This document shows, in pieces, positions 43,994 through 58,817 of a DNA stretch of 64,000 bases. Location: assembly GCF_009914755.1 (NCBI RefSeq), contig NC_060939.1; one strand, written 5' to 3'. The position numbers were made by a program, and so were the translations under genes. The notes beneath the pieces are model-generated. The model ran no database searches. It had not been told where the DNA came from and saw only the letters and a program-made list of their open reading frames with translations. The stretch's first letter is position 1; every line of letters starts with the position of its first letter. The stretch is from the human T2T-CHM13v2.0 reference genome, Homo sapiens.

Positions 43994-46432
43994 GTGGGCT
44001 CACTGAATTTAGTTTTTATTGGTTAAAAAATTATTTAAAGTGCAAAAACTTGGCAGGAAAAAAATTAGCACATCCAACTAGATGGGAAAACTCGAAAGGA
44101 AGGTCAGATTTTAGATAAGCTAACTTTAGACAGACTATTCCTGCACCCTTCCTCACTAATATCCCCCTCCCTTCTTCTCCATTCTGTGATCAGTTGGAGC
44201 CCTTGATATATCTTTCTAGCCACTCCCACTGGGCACATATCATGGTAGCAGCAGCTATCCTCTCTTGGTCCTCACTTAGAGGAGCATGTGGATTGAGAAA
44301 GACACTGTATTTGTGTCACAAGGGTGACATTATTGTTGCCCCTGTTTCTACATTTGAGGCATGGAGTCCACAACAACTGCTGGGCAAGGATAACATTAAC
44401 CCTCTCACCAGGCAGGAGTCTCCAGCTGAGGAAGCATACAGGCCCAAGTTCCCATCATTTGCTTATCTGTAGAATGGGGATAAGAAGTCTCAAGGCATAG
44501 GACTGATGAGCATGGTACATGGTAGGCACTTAAGAACTGGTGCCTATTATACTAGATTCATTGTGTCATCAGCAACTTAAAGAATATGTTCTTTCATGAA
44601 CCTCTTCCTTTGAGGCCCACATTTACTGAACATGTTGGCAGCAGCTCACAGTCTTCTCTCCCACCCTCCTCCCCAGCTCCTATCACCATCCTGAGATATT
44701 TGCCACACACAGGGATGACTTATCCTCGCAGGCTAGGATCATAATTCCTTGACTTCTAACTCCATTTTACTTCTGCAATTCATTTGTTTGGCCATGGCCT
44801 TTGTCTGCCCCCTGGTTTTCTAGCATATTACCCCATGACACTTACTTTGGTTTAACCTGATGTTGAGAACTGTTTCTTCACCCTTTCCTGTTCTCTCAAT
44901 TTGTCAGCCTGCCCCTGACTTCACTCTCTTTCCAAAGACTTTTAACAGAGGTGCCTGTACCAGCCTGTTTTATTGGCTCCTGCCCTGCCATTCTGGATAG
45001 GGCTCATTGTCACCTGGCCACCACTCCTGGCTGACCTCATGCCACAGAAGGAAACCATACACCCAGCAGACTTGGTTTCCTCTGTCTAGTCTGGACAGCC
45101 CCTAGAGCTGAGTTCTCTGCTCCACTTAACATTATGGTTCTCATCTCTGTTGTCGGTACATGGGGTTACTTCTGAGAGACTGAAAATCAATATCCAGTGG
45201 GTCAGAGCAGGAGAAAGGAAGATGAAAGAGAATAGTTTCCAGGCTGGCAGTATGAAACTATAGTCACACTGCAGGTATTAACGGATCTGAAGAAAGAAGG
45301 GTCAGCACAGAGCTGGTCACAGTGGAAACCTGGAGTGAGGAGAGCTACTGAAGTGTCACCGGTGTAGTATTCATTTTGGCACTCTCCAGGAAGTGTGGGA
45401 AGCCTAGAGTCAGGATGCCACCCGTCCATCTTGATGGCAGTCTGTTCCCTCTGAGCTGGGACCATCAGGGCTTCTTAGGCTACTGCTATTGCATATTGAA
45501 ATATATGACTAACTCCTTTGGAATGTTGCTTGATGGGCACAGAATCAGACTGAGGAGACCTGCTTGCCTTTAGTCTTTTTCATTGCTCTCTGCCCCAATA
45601 CCCTCTAACCTGAATTCTCTTCAGAGAGCCTACAAATAGTGGTTCTATTACATCATAAATTGATCCATATCCAGTGGGGATCCTTGGATGCAGACAGCAT
45701 GTGGTACTGTGAGTGGAAGGCATGCTGGGACTAAAGGCAGAACTGAAGTTCTTATCCTGGCTCGGCTGGTTGCTTTGGACAAGTCACTTCACCTCCCTGA
45801 GTCTCAGTGTCCTCATTTGTAAAATGTAATAAATAATACTTTTCATGCTTACCATTAGATCTTCTTGTGAGTGCAGATCAACAGAGAATGACTGTTAAGT
45901 CCTTTATCCATCAAATATGTTAGGTGTTATCTTGGGAATCTGCCCTATCACAGGACTGGGTTGAGAAGTACGGAGGCTGTTGGGCTGCAAGAGCCCATTT
46001 GTTGTGAGGGCAGAGAAATTTATTTTTTTCAGCTCATACTCTTTTTTAATAAATATAATAAAAGACAAAACCAGTCTTTGAGTTCTTACCAAGGGGGAGA
46101 GAGAGAGTGGAACAGAAAAAAAGGCAACTGTGAGAAAGATTTAGTGAGAGGAAGAGAAGAAAGAGGCAAGGAAAAGGGGAAGGGCAGATATACCAACCCC
46201 TAGTGCTACCCTCCACTTCTAGGTCCTGTTGCAATCTCACTGAGCCTCGGTTTTCTCCTGGGTAAAATGAGAGGCCAAGCTCAATGCTCACAGTATCCTT
46301 GGCACTGTTTTGTGAGATCCTTATAGATCCTGACTAGTGCTCTTTTTATGCTTACAGTGGGACAGACCAGTAAGAGAGGGCTTGGCACCAAGGGATCCAT
46401 TTTGATTGCTTTGAATTCCACTCATGTTTCAG

Positions 46433-46600
46433 GAAACTGATAAAAACCAGGAAGTGATAAACACTATGCTTAGGACTCCAGAGAACCGGACCCTAATCAA
46501 ACGAATGCTGATTAAATGTGCTGATGTGTCCAATCCCTGCCGACCCCTGCAGTACTGCATCGAGTGGGCTGCACGCATTTCGGAAGAATATTTTTCTCAG
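46433..46600 (+). CDS. PDE8A: PDE8A exon 20 (168 nt): [13 protein letters not shown]...[13 protein letters not shown]...EEYFSQ
   Basis: catgtttcag| acceptor, CAG|gtaagt donor; CADVSNP motif; includes Tyr748, recalled as linked to IBMX insensitivity. Confidence 0.97.
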
Positions 46601-46899
46601 GTAAGTTGCTGCCTCTTTTAAGTTTCTAGAGAGAGAGAGAGTTAAAACCCATAAAATCATACGAGATAATGGACTTAACACTAGGAAATAGGGTTCTAAA
46701 AAAATTCTGTCCTTGTTTTGCAAGGTAACAAATGGTAACTGGTAACAAATTTTTTTTTTCTTAAGAATATTTTATTTTCCCTTTATTCTTGCAGGATATT
46801 TTTGTTAGATATAGCATCCTGGGTTGATGATTTTTTTCCTGAAAGTACTTTTAAGGAGTCATCTGGTCTTCATATTCTTTCTGAGTAGAAAAAACCTCT

Positions 46900-49200
46900 C
46901 TTGGGGCAGAAAAAAATATTAGGAAATATACTGGCTAAGATTTTTCCAGATTTGGTGGAGGGCATATGCACATGCATATGCATACAGATTCAAGAAGCCC
47001 AGTGAACCTTAGCCCATGTCAGATGTGTCATAGTCAAGCAGCTAACAGGCTAAAGATAAATCTTGCAATCAGCCAGAGGAAAAGCGACACATTACTTATA
47101 AGAAAACAGTGATTCTCATGTCCTCTGACTTCCCATCAAAAACTATGAAGGCCAGAAGACACGGGAACATCTTTAAAGTGCTGTTAGCTTTGGGAGGATC
47201 ACTTGAGCCCAGGAGTCTTAAGAGCAGCCTGGGCAACATGGTGAGACCTTGTCTCTACAAAAAAATTAAAAGTTAGCCGGGCATAGTGATGCACTCCTGT
47301 AGTCCCAAGCTACTTGGGAGGCTGAGGCAGGAGGATCGCTTGAAGCCCAGGAGGTTGAGGCTGCAGTGAGCCATGATCATGTCACTGCACTCCAACCTGA
47401 GCGACAAAGTGAGACCCTGTCTCAAAGAAAACATACAGCTAACATTATATTTAATGGCATGAGATATTGAATACATTCTTAAGATTGGAAACAAGGTAAG
47501 GGTGCCCATTCTTACCTCTTCTGTTCAACCTTGTATTGGTGTTCCTCATCATTGCAATAGACAAAGGAGAGAGAGGTTTAAAGAACAAAAAGTAAGACAT
47601 ACATTTGCTTCTGTTTGCAGATGACATGATTTTATGCAGAAAATTCTAAGGAATATACAAACAATTATTAGCACTAATAAGTGGATTTGATTTACCAATG
47701 TCATAGGACACAGCTCAATATACAAAAGTGAGTTGTATTTTATGTACTAGCAACCAACAATTGGAAAATGAAACCAAAAGCCCAGTCCCATTTACAGTAG
47801 GAAATAAAATTTAAAAATTAAAATTAGGAAAAAATTTAATAAGAGATGACCAGAACTTTACAGTGAAAACCATAAAACATTGCTGAAAATTTTAATGAAC
47901 ACTTGAATAAATGGTGAGGCATATCATGTTCACATACTGGAAGGCTCAGTGTTAACATTCACTTCTACCCAAATTGGTGTTTCAATTCAAAAATTTCAGC
48001 AGGTTTTTTTTCTGTGGAAGTCTACAGACTGTTTCTAAATTATATATGAAAATGAGAAGGACCTTGAATAAGCAAAGCAAACTTTAAAAAGTTGGAAGAT
48101 ATGCCCTGTTTGGCTTCAAAACTTAAAATAATCAAGAAAGTGTGGTGCTGGCATAAAGATAACAAGTACAACCATGGGACAGAATAGAAATCCAAGAAAC
48201 AGATCACATTTATATGATCAGTGGCTAATGTGAAATTTTTGCAGTAAGTGGTGTTAGGATAATTGGATATTCCTATGCAAAAAAAAAAAAAAAAAAAAAG
48301 AACCACAACTCCTATCTCATACCATAGAGAAATTCATAGACCTACATACAACAGCTAAAACCATAAAGCTTTTAGAGAGAAACATACCAGAATATCCTCA
48401 ATGACTTGAAAGTGGACAAAGATTTCTTAGATGCAGAAAGCAACAACCAGCCAGGTGCAGTGGCTTATACATGTCATCTCAGCACTTTGGGAGGCCAAGG
48501 TGGGAGGATTACTTGAGTCCAGGAGTTCAAGACCAGCCTCAGCAAGATAATGAGACCGCATCACTAGAAAAAAAAATTTTTTTAATTAGTTGCCTGTGGT
48601 GGTGGCACGTGCCTGTGGTCCCAGTTGCAGGAGGATTGCTTGAGCCTCAGAGGTTGAGGCTGCAGTGAGCCATGATTGTACACTGCACTCCAACCTGGGT
48701 GACAGAGCAAGACTGTGTCTTAATAAAAAGAAAAGAGCAACAACCATAAGAAGAAAATTTGATAAATTAGACTTCTTCAAAATTTACAAAGTTTGCTCAT
48801 TCAAAACACAGCTAAGAAAATGAGCAGGCAAGCCATACTGGAGGAAAATATTTACAAATTATATTTGAAAGGACTGTATCCATAGATATATAAAGAACTA
48901 TAACTCAGTAGTAAAAGATAAACCACCCAATTTATTATAGGCAAGTATTTGTCCAGACACTTCCCCAAAGAAGCTATTATGAAAAGCCAATAAGCACATG
49001 AAAAAAGTGCTGAACATCATTAGTCATCTGGGAAATTCAAATTAAAACCACAGTGAAATACCACTACACACCCAATGGGATGGCTAAAAATGGGAAAGGC
49101 TGACAACACCAAATGTTGAAGATGTGGAGCAACTAGAATGCATGCATTTGTGATAGATGTGTAGAATGCTACAGTCACTTTGGGAAGCAGTTTAGCAGTT
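46900..49200 (+). mobile_element. Old L1 (sense) ORF1/ORF2 relic, with Alus at about 47186-47431 and 48449-48735
   Basis: tttgcagatgacatg encodes the RT motif FADDM at about 47614; aaattaaaaccacagtgaaataccactacac matches 3' ORF2. Confidence 0.8.
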
Positions 49201-50172
49201 TCTTTTTTCTTCCTTTTTTATGGTAAAATTTACCATTTTAGATCTGGGTTTTCTTCCCTTCATTCTCTTCATATGGTATATCACACTGATCTTCATGTGC
49301 GGAACCAATCTTGCATTTCAGAAATAGATTCCACATAGTCATTGTGTATAATCCTTTAATATGCTGCTGAGTTTGGATTGCTAGTATTTTATTAAGGATT
49401 TGTGCATCAGTATTTACAGGGGATATTGGCCTGCAATTTTCTTGTAGTGTCTTTGTCTGGCTTTATTAGGATAATGCTGGCCTCATGGAATGAGTTAGGA
49501 AGTACTTCCTTCCTTTTCAGTTTTTCTGGAAGAGTTTGAGAAGGATTGATATTAATTCTTCTCAAAATGTTTGGTAGAATTTAACCAGTGAAACCATCCT
49601 TTCTTGGGAGGTTTTTGATTACTGATTCAATCTCCTTGCTAGTCATTGGTCTATTCAGATTCTGTTTCTTTATGATTCAGTCCTGGTAGGTTGCATGTTT
49701 CTAGGAGTTTATCCATTGTGTTGGCATTCAGTTGTTCATGGTACTCTCTTATAATCCTTTTTATTTCTATGAAACCTGGAGTAATGTTCCCACTTTCATT
49801 CTGATTTTGGTAATTTGGGTCTTGTCTTTTTTTCTTAGTCCATCTAGCCAAAGATTTGTCAATCTTGTTGATCTTTTCAAAAAATTATCTTTTGGTTTTG
49901 TTTTTTTCTGTTCTCTATATACCTCTGTTCTTTATTATTTCCTTCCTTTTGCTAGCGTTAGGTTTAGTTTATTCTTTCTGTAGCTCCATAACATGTTAAG
50001 TTAGGTTGTTGATTTAAAATCTTGTAGGCATTTACAGCTGTTAATTTCCCCCTTATCACTGTTTTTGCTGCATCTAATAACTTTTGGCATAGTGTGCTTC
50101 ATTTTCATTTGTCTCAAAGTATTTTCTAATTTCCCTTATGATTTCTTCTTTGACCCCTTGGTTGTTTAAGCG

Positions 50173-50565
50173 TATATTAGTCCATTTGCATTGCTATAAA
50201 AGAATACCTGAGGCTGGGTAATTTATAAAGAAAAGTTTATTTTGGCTCATGGTTCTGCAGGCTGTGCAAGCATAGAACTAACATCTGCTCAGCTTCCGGT
50301 GAGGGCTCAGGAAGCTTATGATCAGAGCAAAGGAAGGGGGAAGCAGATGTATCACATGGCAGGAGAGCAGGGGGAATTGCCACACTTTTAACCAGATTAC
50401 CTGTAAACTCAGAGCAAGATCTCTCATTACCATGGGGAGGCCACTAAGCCATTCACGAAGGATCTGCCCCCATGACCCAAACACATCCCACCAGACCCCA
50501 CCTCCAGCACTGGGGATTATTTTTCAACATGTGATTTGGAGGGGACAGACATTCAAACCATATCA
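50173..50565 (-). mobile_element. MST-family (MaLR) solo LTR with 5-bp TSD aagc(g/a)
   Basis: tatattagtccatttgcattgctataaaagaatacctgaggctgggtaatttataaag ... caaaccatatca. Confidence 0.88.
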
Positions 50566-50982
50566 AAGCATATGCTATTTAATTTCCAGATACTTGTGAG
50601 TTTCCCGGTTTTCCTTCCATTACTGAGTTTTGGTTCATTTCACTGTTATTAGAAAAGGTACTTTGTATGACCTTACCTTTTAAAATATATACTGTTTGTT
50701 TTGTGGCCTATCATATGTTGTATCCTGGAGAATGTTCCATTTGCACTTGAGAAAAAAATGTATACTCTACTGTTGTTGGGTGGATGTTCTATACATTCTG
50801 TTAGGTCCAGTTGGCCTAGAGCATTGTTCAAACTCTATTGTCTCATTGTTCTATTCATTATAAAAATGTAGTATTGAAGTCTCCAGCCATTATTTTAGAA
50901 GTATCTGTTTCTTCCTTCAGTTCTATAAATGTTTGCTTCATATATTTTGGAACTCTGGTATTTGATGCTTATATGCTTATAA

Positions 50983-51219
<237 letters not shown>

Positions 51220-52710
51220 TGATCCGCTCACCTCAACCTCCCAAAGTGCTGAGATTACAGGCCTGAGCCACCGCGCCTGGCCTGTAACAGTTTTTGACAT
51301 AAAGTTTATTTTGTCTTTTAGGATACCCACCCCAGCTCTCTCTTGGATATTATTTTCATGAGATATCTTTTTCCATCCTTTCATTTTCAACATATGTATG
51401 TCTTGAGAGCTAAAGTGATTTTCTTGTAGATAGAATGTAGTTGGATCATGTTTTCTTATCCATTCTGACAGTCTGTGGCTTTTGAGTTGAATCTATTTAC
51501 ACTTAAAATAATTACTGATAGGGAAAGACTTTTGCCACTTTGTTAGTTTCCTGTATGTCTTACAGCTTTTTTGTCCCTCTTCCTCCATTACTGCCTCCTG
51601 TTGTGCTTATTTGATATTTTGTAATGGCACATTTTGATTCCCTTTTTCTATAGATAGTTGCATTGTGGATACCATAGAGATTGCATAGGACAACCTAAAG
51701 TTACAACAGTTGGTTTTGATGTCAACTTAACATTAATTGCATACATGAACTCTTATATAGCTCTACCACCCCACTCCATTTTGTAAATGTCACAAGTAAT
51801 ATCTTTATACATTATATGTCCATTAACATTTAAAATTATTTTTATGCATTTTTAAAAGTAAAGTTACAAAACAAAATTGTAATAATGCTGCTTTTTATAT
51901 TTTCCCATGTATTTACCATTATCAGAGATCTTTATATCAAGTTACTGTCTAGCTTCCTTTTATTTCAACCTAAAGGATTTCCTTTAGCATTTTTTGTAGG
52001 TCAGGTCTAATGGTAATGAATTCCCTTGGCTTATGTTTATCTAGGAATGTCTTAATTCCTCTTTTTTGCAGGACAGTTTGCCTGAATCAGAATTTTCAGT
52101 TGACAGTTTTTTATCTTTTAGCACTTCATATATATAATTTCACTGCCTTCTGGCCTTCAAGGTTTCTGCTGAGAAATGAGCAGATCATCTTATTATCTCC
52201 TATATGTGATGAGTCTTTTCTTTTGCTGCTTTCGAGATCCTCTGTCTTTTGACTGTTTGGTTATAGTGTGTCTCAGATAGATCTCTTTGGGTTTATCCTA
52301 CTTGGAGTTTATTTAGCTTCTTGGATTTGTAGATTCATATCTTTCCCCAGATTATGGCATTTTTTGGCCAAGATTTTTTCAAATATGGGGTCTCACTATG
52401 TTGCCCAAGCTGGTCTTGAACTCCTGGGTTCAAGAAACCCTCCTGCCTTAGCCTCTCAAGTAGCTGAGGTTACAAATACTGTGCCTGTTGGCTATTATTT
52501 CTTCAAATAATCTCTGTCCTTCTCTTCTCCTCTTCTTTTTGCTGAACTCATAAGATGTGTATTGGTCCATTTGATGGTTTCCCATAAATTCATTAGGTTC
52601 TATTCACTTTTCTTCATTCTTTTTTCTTTCTTCTGTCTGCCCATATCTGATACTGAACCCCTCTGGTGAAGTTTAATTTGTTTTTTGTATTTTTCAGCCT
52701 TCAAATTTGA

Positions 52711-53052
<342 letters not shown>

Positions 53053-53064
53053 TAGTTCCTGGTC

Positions 53065-53087
53065 TGTGTGTGTGTGTGTGTGTGTGT
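53065..53087. repeat. (GT)n microsatellite
   Basis: Directly visible. Confidence 0.9.
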
Positions 53088-55056
53088 TTTTAGGTCTTTG
53101 AGCATATTTAAGACAGTTGTTTTCAAGTCTTTGTCCAGTGCCTGTACATCTTTAGGGACAGTTTCTTTTCTTCCTTTGAGTGTACCATATTTTCTAGTTT
53201 CTTTGTATGCCTTGTGATTTTTGTTGAAAATTAGGCATTTTAAAAAACAGCCACCTCTCCTAGTCTTTGAAAACTGTCTCTCAGCCTTACAATTAACCCA
53301 TCATGAAAGTTTAAAGTTTTCTCAAACATTTTCTGAGCATGTCTTGTCTGGGTCTGCATATACATACTCTTCTTAATTCCCCTATATACACAGCTGCTTT
53401 CAGATGTCTTAATTTCCTGAAGTGTCTTGTCTGAGGTTATCCTCAGGGCCTTAGATGATCTGTTGTTGGTCTCCGCTCATAATCTCTTGTCTTCAGGCAT
53501 CCATATTGGTCATCCCCCTGCAGCTTTCCTGAGCAGTAGTCATTGCTTTTCTACCTGGGAGCTAAGTGAAACAGAGACCAATCCTTCAGGCAGCCCACAG
53601 ACTTGTCAGAATGTTGCAAATAAGGTCTGCTCTGCTCCCTCCGGTTCAAGGGACACAGCTGGAAACTGGGCCGCTGCCTCCTCCAGACCAAGATTGTACC
53701 ACACTGGGGAAGTGTGGTGCAAGGTTGAGTGAAAATACCCTTAAGTTTCCTGCTGTTTTGAATGTGGCTTTTCTTGAGTGGGCATTCACTTGGTTGCTGT
53801 AGACTTTTGACTGTTTTCCAGAGTTCCTGTAAGGTTATTTTAGCCAGTCTCTCATTTCATGGAGAAATGAGGACTTGGAGCTTCCTAGTCCCCCATATTA
53901 CTGATGTTACTCCGGTGCTCAGGCTTTGATTTTAAAGTCATTAAGACATTAAGATACAGTTGCTTCTTGTATTCAGTGGGGTTAGGTTTGCAAGTTCACC
54001 CCTTATAGCCACCCTGTCTCTTGAATAGCATGGATACTAAGAGTGCCAGGGCCTGAAGCAAGGTGAAGAGGCATCTCTGGTTTGTCTCTGGCTGGGGCTG
54101 CTTGACTTCATGGGGAGTGGGGCTTGAGTACCACTTGCCTGGCTCTGTGCCAGGTGTTGTACAGTCTTTTATTTTCGCTTGGGGCACAGCGGTGAAATGT
54201 GAAACTTGTAGACCCTGCCTTGCAGGTGGGGTCACAGAAAGGAAGCATCTACAGGTGTGGAGTTCTCACTGGTGACTTAGATGAGGGCATGGGCCACAGT
54301 TTGCTGGTCTCCAGGAGGGAACGGGGGCCCCTGGACGTTCCATGCACTTGTCACATTGGGCCAAAGAGAAGAAATCTAAGCACGAGGGTCTTCACTGACC
54401 TTCAGCCAGCCAGCTGCTTACATGTGAATAGGGAGGGCAGGCCCTGAGAGCAGAAAGACAGAACAGCCTCTGGATGACTGAGTGGCTGAGCTAACGGAGC
54501 CTTTGCCATGGCTGCCCAGAGAGAGCTGGCTTAGGGTCTAGCGTGACCAAGGGAGGGCACATCAGGAGAGCGCCCCGCCCAGGGCACTGCTGTTTGAGCT
54601 GGACAGGCCCATGGGGTGTGAACCCAAGGCCCTCCCTGCGCCCCCACCCCTTCCTCTCTATACCATGGCAGAGACTCGTGTAGGGCTGACTGCTTTTCTT
54701 AGACAGCAGTGGGGCTGCCAACAGCAGGGCCTTCACCACAGCCAGCGGATGCTGGGCCAGCGTTCCCCACTCCTCTTACCAAAGCACGTGAATCCCATAT
54801 GCTGAACCACCAGAACAGCAGGAACTCTTCTGACTTTTGCTCAGTCCCACAGTCTAGCACTGTTCACCTGACTTTCTTGGCACTTGTCCCCAGCACCGTC
54901 AACACTTACCTAGCATACACGCACCTCTGGGCACTGTGCTAGGTATGGTGCCATCCTAGGAAAACCTCCAGAGGTTCGCCTGCTTCTCTCAAGTAGAGAG
55001 CCCATATGGAGAGCCGGAGTGAGTTGTTGTGCACAGGGCAAGGTGCAGAAATACTT

Positions 55057-55617
55057 GGTAGAGCCAGGCCTCTGGGTGTCACTCTGGGAGAGCCTGAGGT
55101 GCTGGGCCAGGTGTAGTAAGGAAGATGGGAGAAGGGTGACTGAGTGCACAGAAAAAAGGCAATGGAGTCAGCGACTTTAGGGAGCTCCACGCAAGTGCCG
55201 GAGCTGGTGCCGTAGAGCTGCGGTGGGGGGAGAGAGATGCTGGGACGAGAGAACTTTCTGACCTGGCATCCCCTGGAGGGCCTGTGAGTGCAAGCATGGG
55301 AACGTTCTGGGCGAGGTGCTGCAGCCATGGTGAGGCCCTGTGGAGCAAGGGCTAAGGGGAGGAGCTGCGAGTGAGTTCTGCCAGCTACCAGAGCCTGGCT
55401 GTGATGGGGTGAGCTCTGCTGGCCATTTGGGAGCTGGAAGTTCGGCTGTGAGTGTAGAAGACACGTCTTGTGAGTGGCCAACAGTGGGACGAGACTTCAG
55501 TGGTTAGCAAGTGGTTAGCCTTTCTTCTGTGCACTCAGCTACCCTTCTCCCTTACCACACCTGGCCCAACACCTCCTCAGGCCCTCCCAGAGTGACCCCC
55601 AGAGGGCTGGCTCTACC
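55057..55617. repeat. Non-Alu inverted repeat: arms 55057-55160 and 55518-55617
   Basis: Manual alignment gives 8 mismatches and 2 indels over about 97 aligned nt. Confidence 0.93.
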
Positions 55618-56627
55618 CCCTCCAGCCCTGGCACTGGGGAGAAAGGCTAGTGTTCAATACAACAGCCACCATCCCTTCACCCGGCCCCACACATGTACTA
55701 GGGTCCCATCTAGAAGAGCTGCTCCCCCCAGCCCACTCCTACCTCACTCCATCTGCGCTCACCCTGTTCTCATCCTGCCCCACTGTTTGACTTGACTCCC
55801 AGCACAGGCGCCCTGGCACAGCAGGGATCTTGCAGCGATTCCGGTTGCACATCCACAGGGGCTTCTAAAGAATGCACTCAGGACTTCTGGCCTCATTCCC
55901 ACCCCATGGACCTTACCTCACCCTTTTCTCCAGCACCATTGGGCCAAAATGAGACCTTATCAAAGAAAGAACAGGACGCTTGCCTTTTTCCTCAGGTTCT
56001 TAATTATGTTTTTAGTTTTTTGCGAGTCTCTCTGAAATCCTGAAGATGTGGAAGAGTTTGACTAAAGTACATAAATACTCAGAGCTCTTTTTTTTTTTAA
56101 ACATCCAGGATCTCAAGGGTGTTCAGAACCTTTTCAAAAAAATAATTTAGCCATAGATGAGAAGCAGCCACTAGGCCCTTCCTTGTAAAGTGGCCCCTGT
56201 GTGGGGATGCTTCAAGCCAGGTGGAAGGACGGCTGGACTGTGATAGGAGTGAGAAAAGAACAGATCTTTTTCTTTGAGGGATGTGAGCCCCCTTAGTTGT
56301 CAGACCCAGAGAGGCATTGAAATGTGACAGCAGTTACGTCTCACTCCCCACCCTGACCTAAGTAATCGCCTGCTCTGTGGACTCTAGGCCAGTAGCCTGT
56401 AAACTCTGTATATTAATTTTGCCTCAGTTTCTTTAGGTCAATACGAACAACAGAGCGGTGGCTGACTACACATAATGTTTGGGATCTTACCTGAAGAGCT
56501 TCTGCAAGGAGGCTTCCAGATGTTTAAAGTTTGGCTTGAGTTGGGGTGTCCTCAGACCCCACTGACATGGAGTAGTCCTCATTCTGAGAACTTGGTATCT
56601 GTTATGAGACATGGTTTGGCTGCGTGA

Positions 56628-56909
<282 letters not shown>

Positions 56910-58022
56910 TAGCATATTTTCCTCTAAATAATGGGGAACCGCGTATGAAAGAGCAGAGTGCATTTGACTGTAGAATATGATTTGGGGCCTGGGCTTTCAA
57001 GAACAAGAGCGAAGTGAACCATCACCGAGGGCCCCTGAGGGCTAGGTGTTCTTTCTTAACACTCCCCGCAGGCATAGGTGTCTTTATGCCTGTTTTATAG
57101 ATGACGGGATTGAACTTGGGGCCCCACAGCTTGTAGTAGAGCAGCTAGGGTTCAAAACCAATCGTGCTGGCTCCAAAACCCATGGTGTTTCTACAGCAGC
57201 CCTTTGCCCTCCACTGTCCCCTGCTTCTCCCAGCCTCACTCTACACAAGACCAGAAGGACTGGTCTGTCTCTGACTGATGCATGTCACCCTCCTTTAACT
57301 TCAGGTGGGGCACAGGAGTCTGTCAAATAAAAGAATATCGGAGAACTGATATTCCACGTGCATCTTCGTCCTGAGGGCTGCACCTTGAAGGAGGGGCTAC
57401 AGGGCTGATAAATGTCCAGATCCAGTCAGGAAATAAACCCATGTCTCAAGAAGGCCGTAGAACAGGGGTAGGCGGCTGGGGAGAAGGACTGAAGCAGTGG
57501 AGCTAGATAGCTGCAGCTTTGGGGGACACTGCATACTCTGCAGCTCACTGCTTCTGGGACTGAGACCAGACGCGTGTGTCCCCAGGCTGCACGTTCTTCA
57601 TGTGGTGCAGGTGAAAGGAGATGCTGGTGTATGTGAAGCATGCGTGAAGGGACAGTGAGCACACAAGGGCCAGGCCATCGGTTGGGGCGGGGGGGCAGGG
57701 GCACACTACATACTGCTTTCTGACACCCCAGGCCCAAAGGTGCTGCTGGTTTAATGGTAATTAAGCAGATTAGCCACCTTCTGTTTTATTTACCACAGTT
57801 ACCAGCTCAGCAGGTGGTCACAGAGGAGGTGCTGGCATTGAGGACAGGGTTTAACTTCAGTCAGCCACGGCTCGTTGAAGCTGCTGGGTGTGTTTGCCCG
57901 GGTCTGTTTAGCCTCACGCAGATGCCTGCTCCCATCTGTCACTCTTTAAAATGCTCTTAGTGAAAGCCTAAAATGTAAACAGAGGCTGTGAAAGCATATC
58001 ACATTCCTATCTTTCTCTCCAG

Positions 58023-58129
58023 CCTTTGTAGACCTGCCTGATTTAATGCAGCATCTTGACAACAACTTTAAATACTGGAAAGGACTGGACGAAATGAAGC
58101 TGCGGAACCTCCGACCACCTCCTGAATAG
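58023..58129 (+). CDS. PDE8A: PDE8A exon 22, coding part: AFVDLPDLMQHLDNNFKYWKGLDEMKLRNLRPPPE*
   Basis: ctttctctccag| acceptor; TAG stop at 58127-58129. Confidence 0.96.
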
Positions 58130-58811
58130 TGGGAGACACCACCCAGAGCCCTGAAGCTTTGTTCCTTCGGTCATTTGGAATTCCTGAGGGCAGCCAGAGC
58201 TCCTTGGTCCTTTCAGTACTAGGCAGAACAGCCCCCGATCTGCATAGCCTGTGAAAGCCCACGGGGACATCAGTAACCTTCTGCAGCCACCATCCAATGC
58301 CATTACTGTCAAGTGAGACTTGGCCACTGTAGCCTGGGCCTGCTGCAGGAGCTCTTCAGAAAGGCACATGAGGACCACGGTTTGCCTCAGTTTCTGGTAA
58401 AACACAAGGTCTGGAGTGCCCCTGCAAAGGGTATTGATGGACTTCCTGCCAGTGACAGAGCATGTCTATTGCAAACAATTCTCTCAGTTACGTTCAGCAC
58501 TTAAGAACGGCTAATGGCAATAGGATCTTTAGCAACTTTTTCACATCATAGAAGGTGCAATCGCTCACTTGGGAACACTACTGAGAGTGACTTCTCTTTT
58601 AAAATTGAGTAGCAGATGAAAAATTAAAATTTGAACTTGATTATTAATATCAATTAAAATGTTTTATTTATTTTATTAAAAGCTCAATATTTTCTATGAA
58701 TTCAAAAATACTTCAGAGCCAAAGCCAACTTCAAATACCGTGACCAAATTTACATGATTCATATTCATTATGCATTACTTGGTATACAGACTTATTTTCA
58801 TAATGCAAATT

Positions 58812-58817
58812 AATAAA
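58812..58817 (+). promoter_or_regulatory. Candidate proximal polyadenylation signal AATAAA
   Basis: Canonical hexamer in the 3'UTR. Confidence 0.45.

Noticed and set aside
54939-55795. ORFs 54939..55481 (-, 180 aa) and 55511..55795 (+) share the peptide TWP...PRVTPRGLALP
   Set aside because: The similarity is a by-product of the inverted repeat. There is no recognisable domain or splice context.
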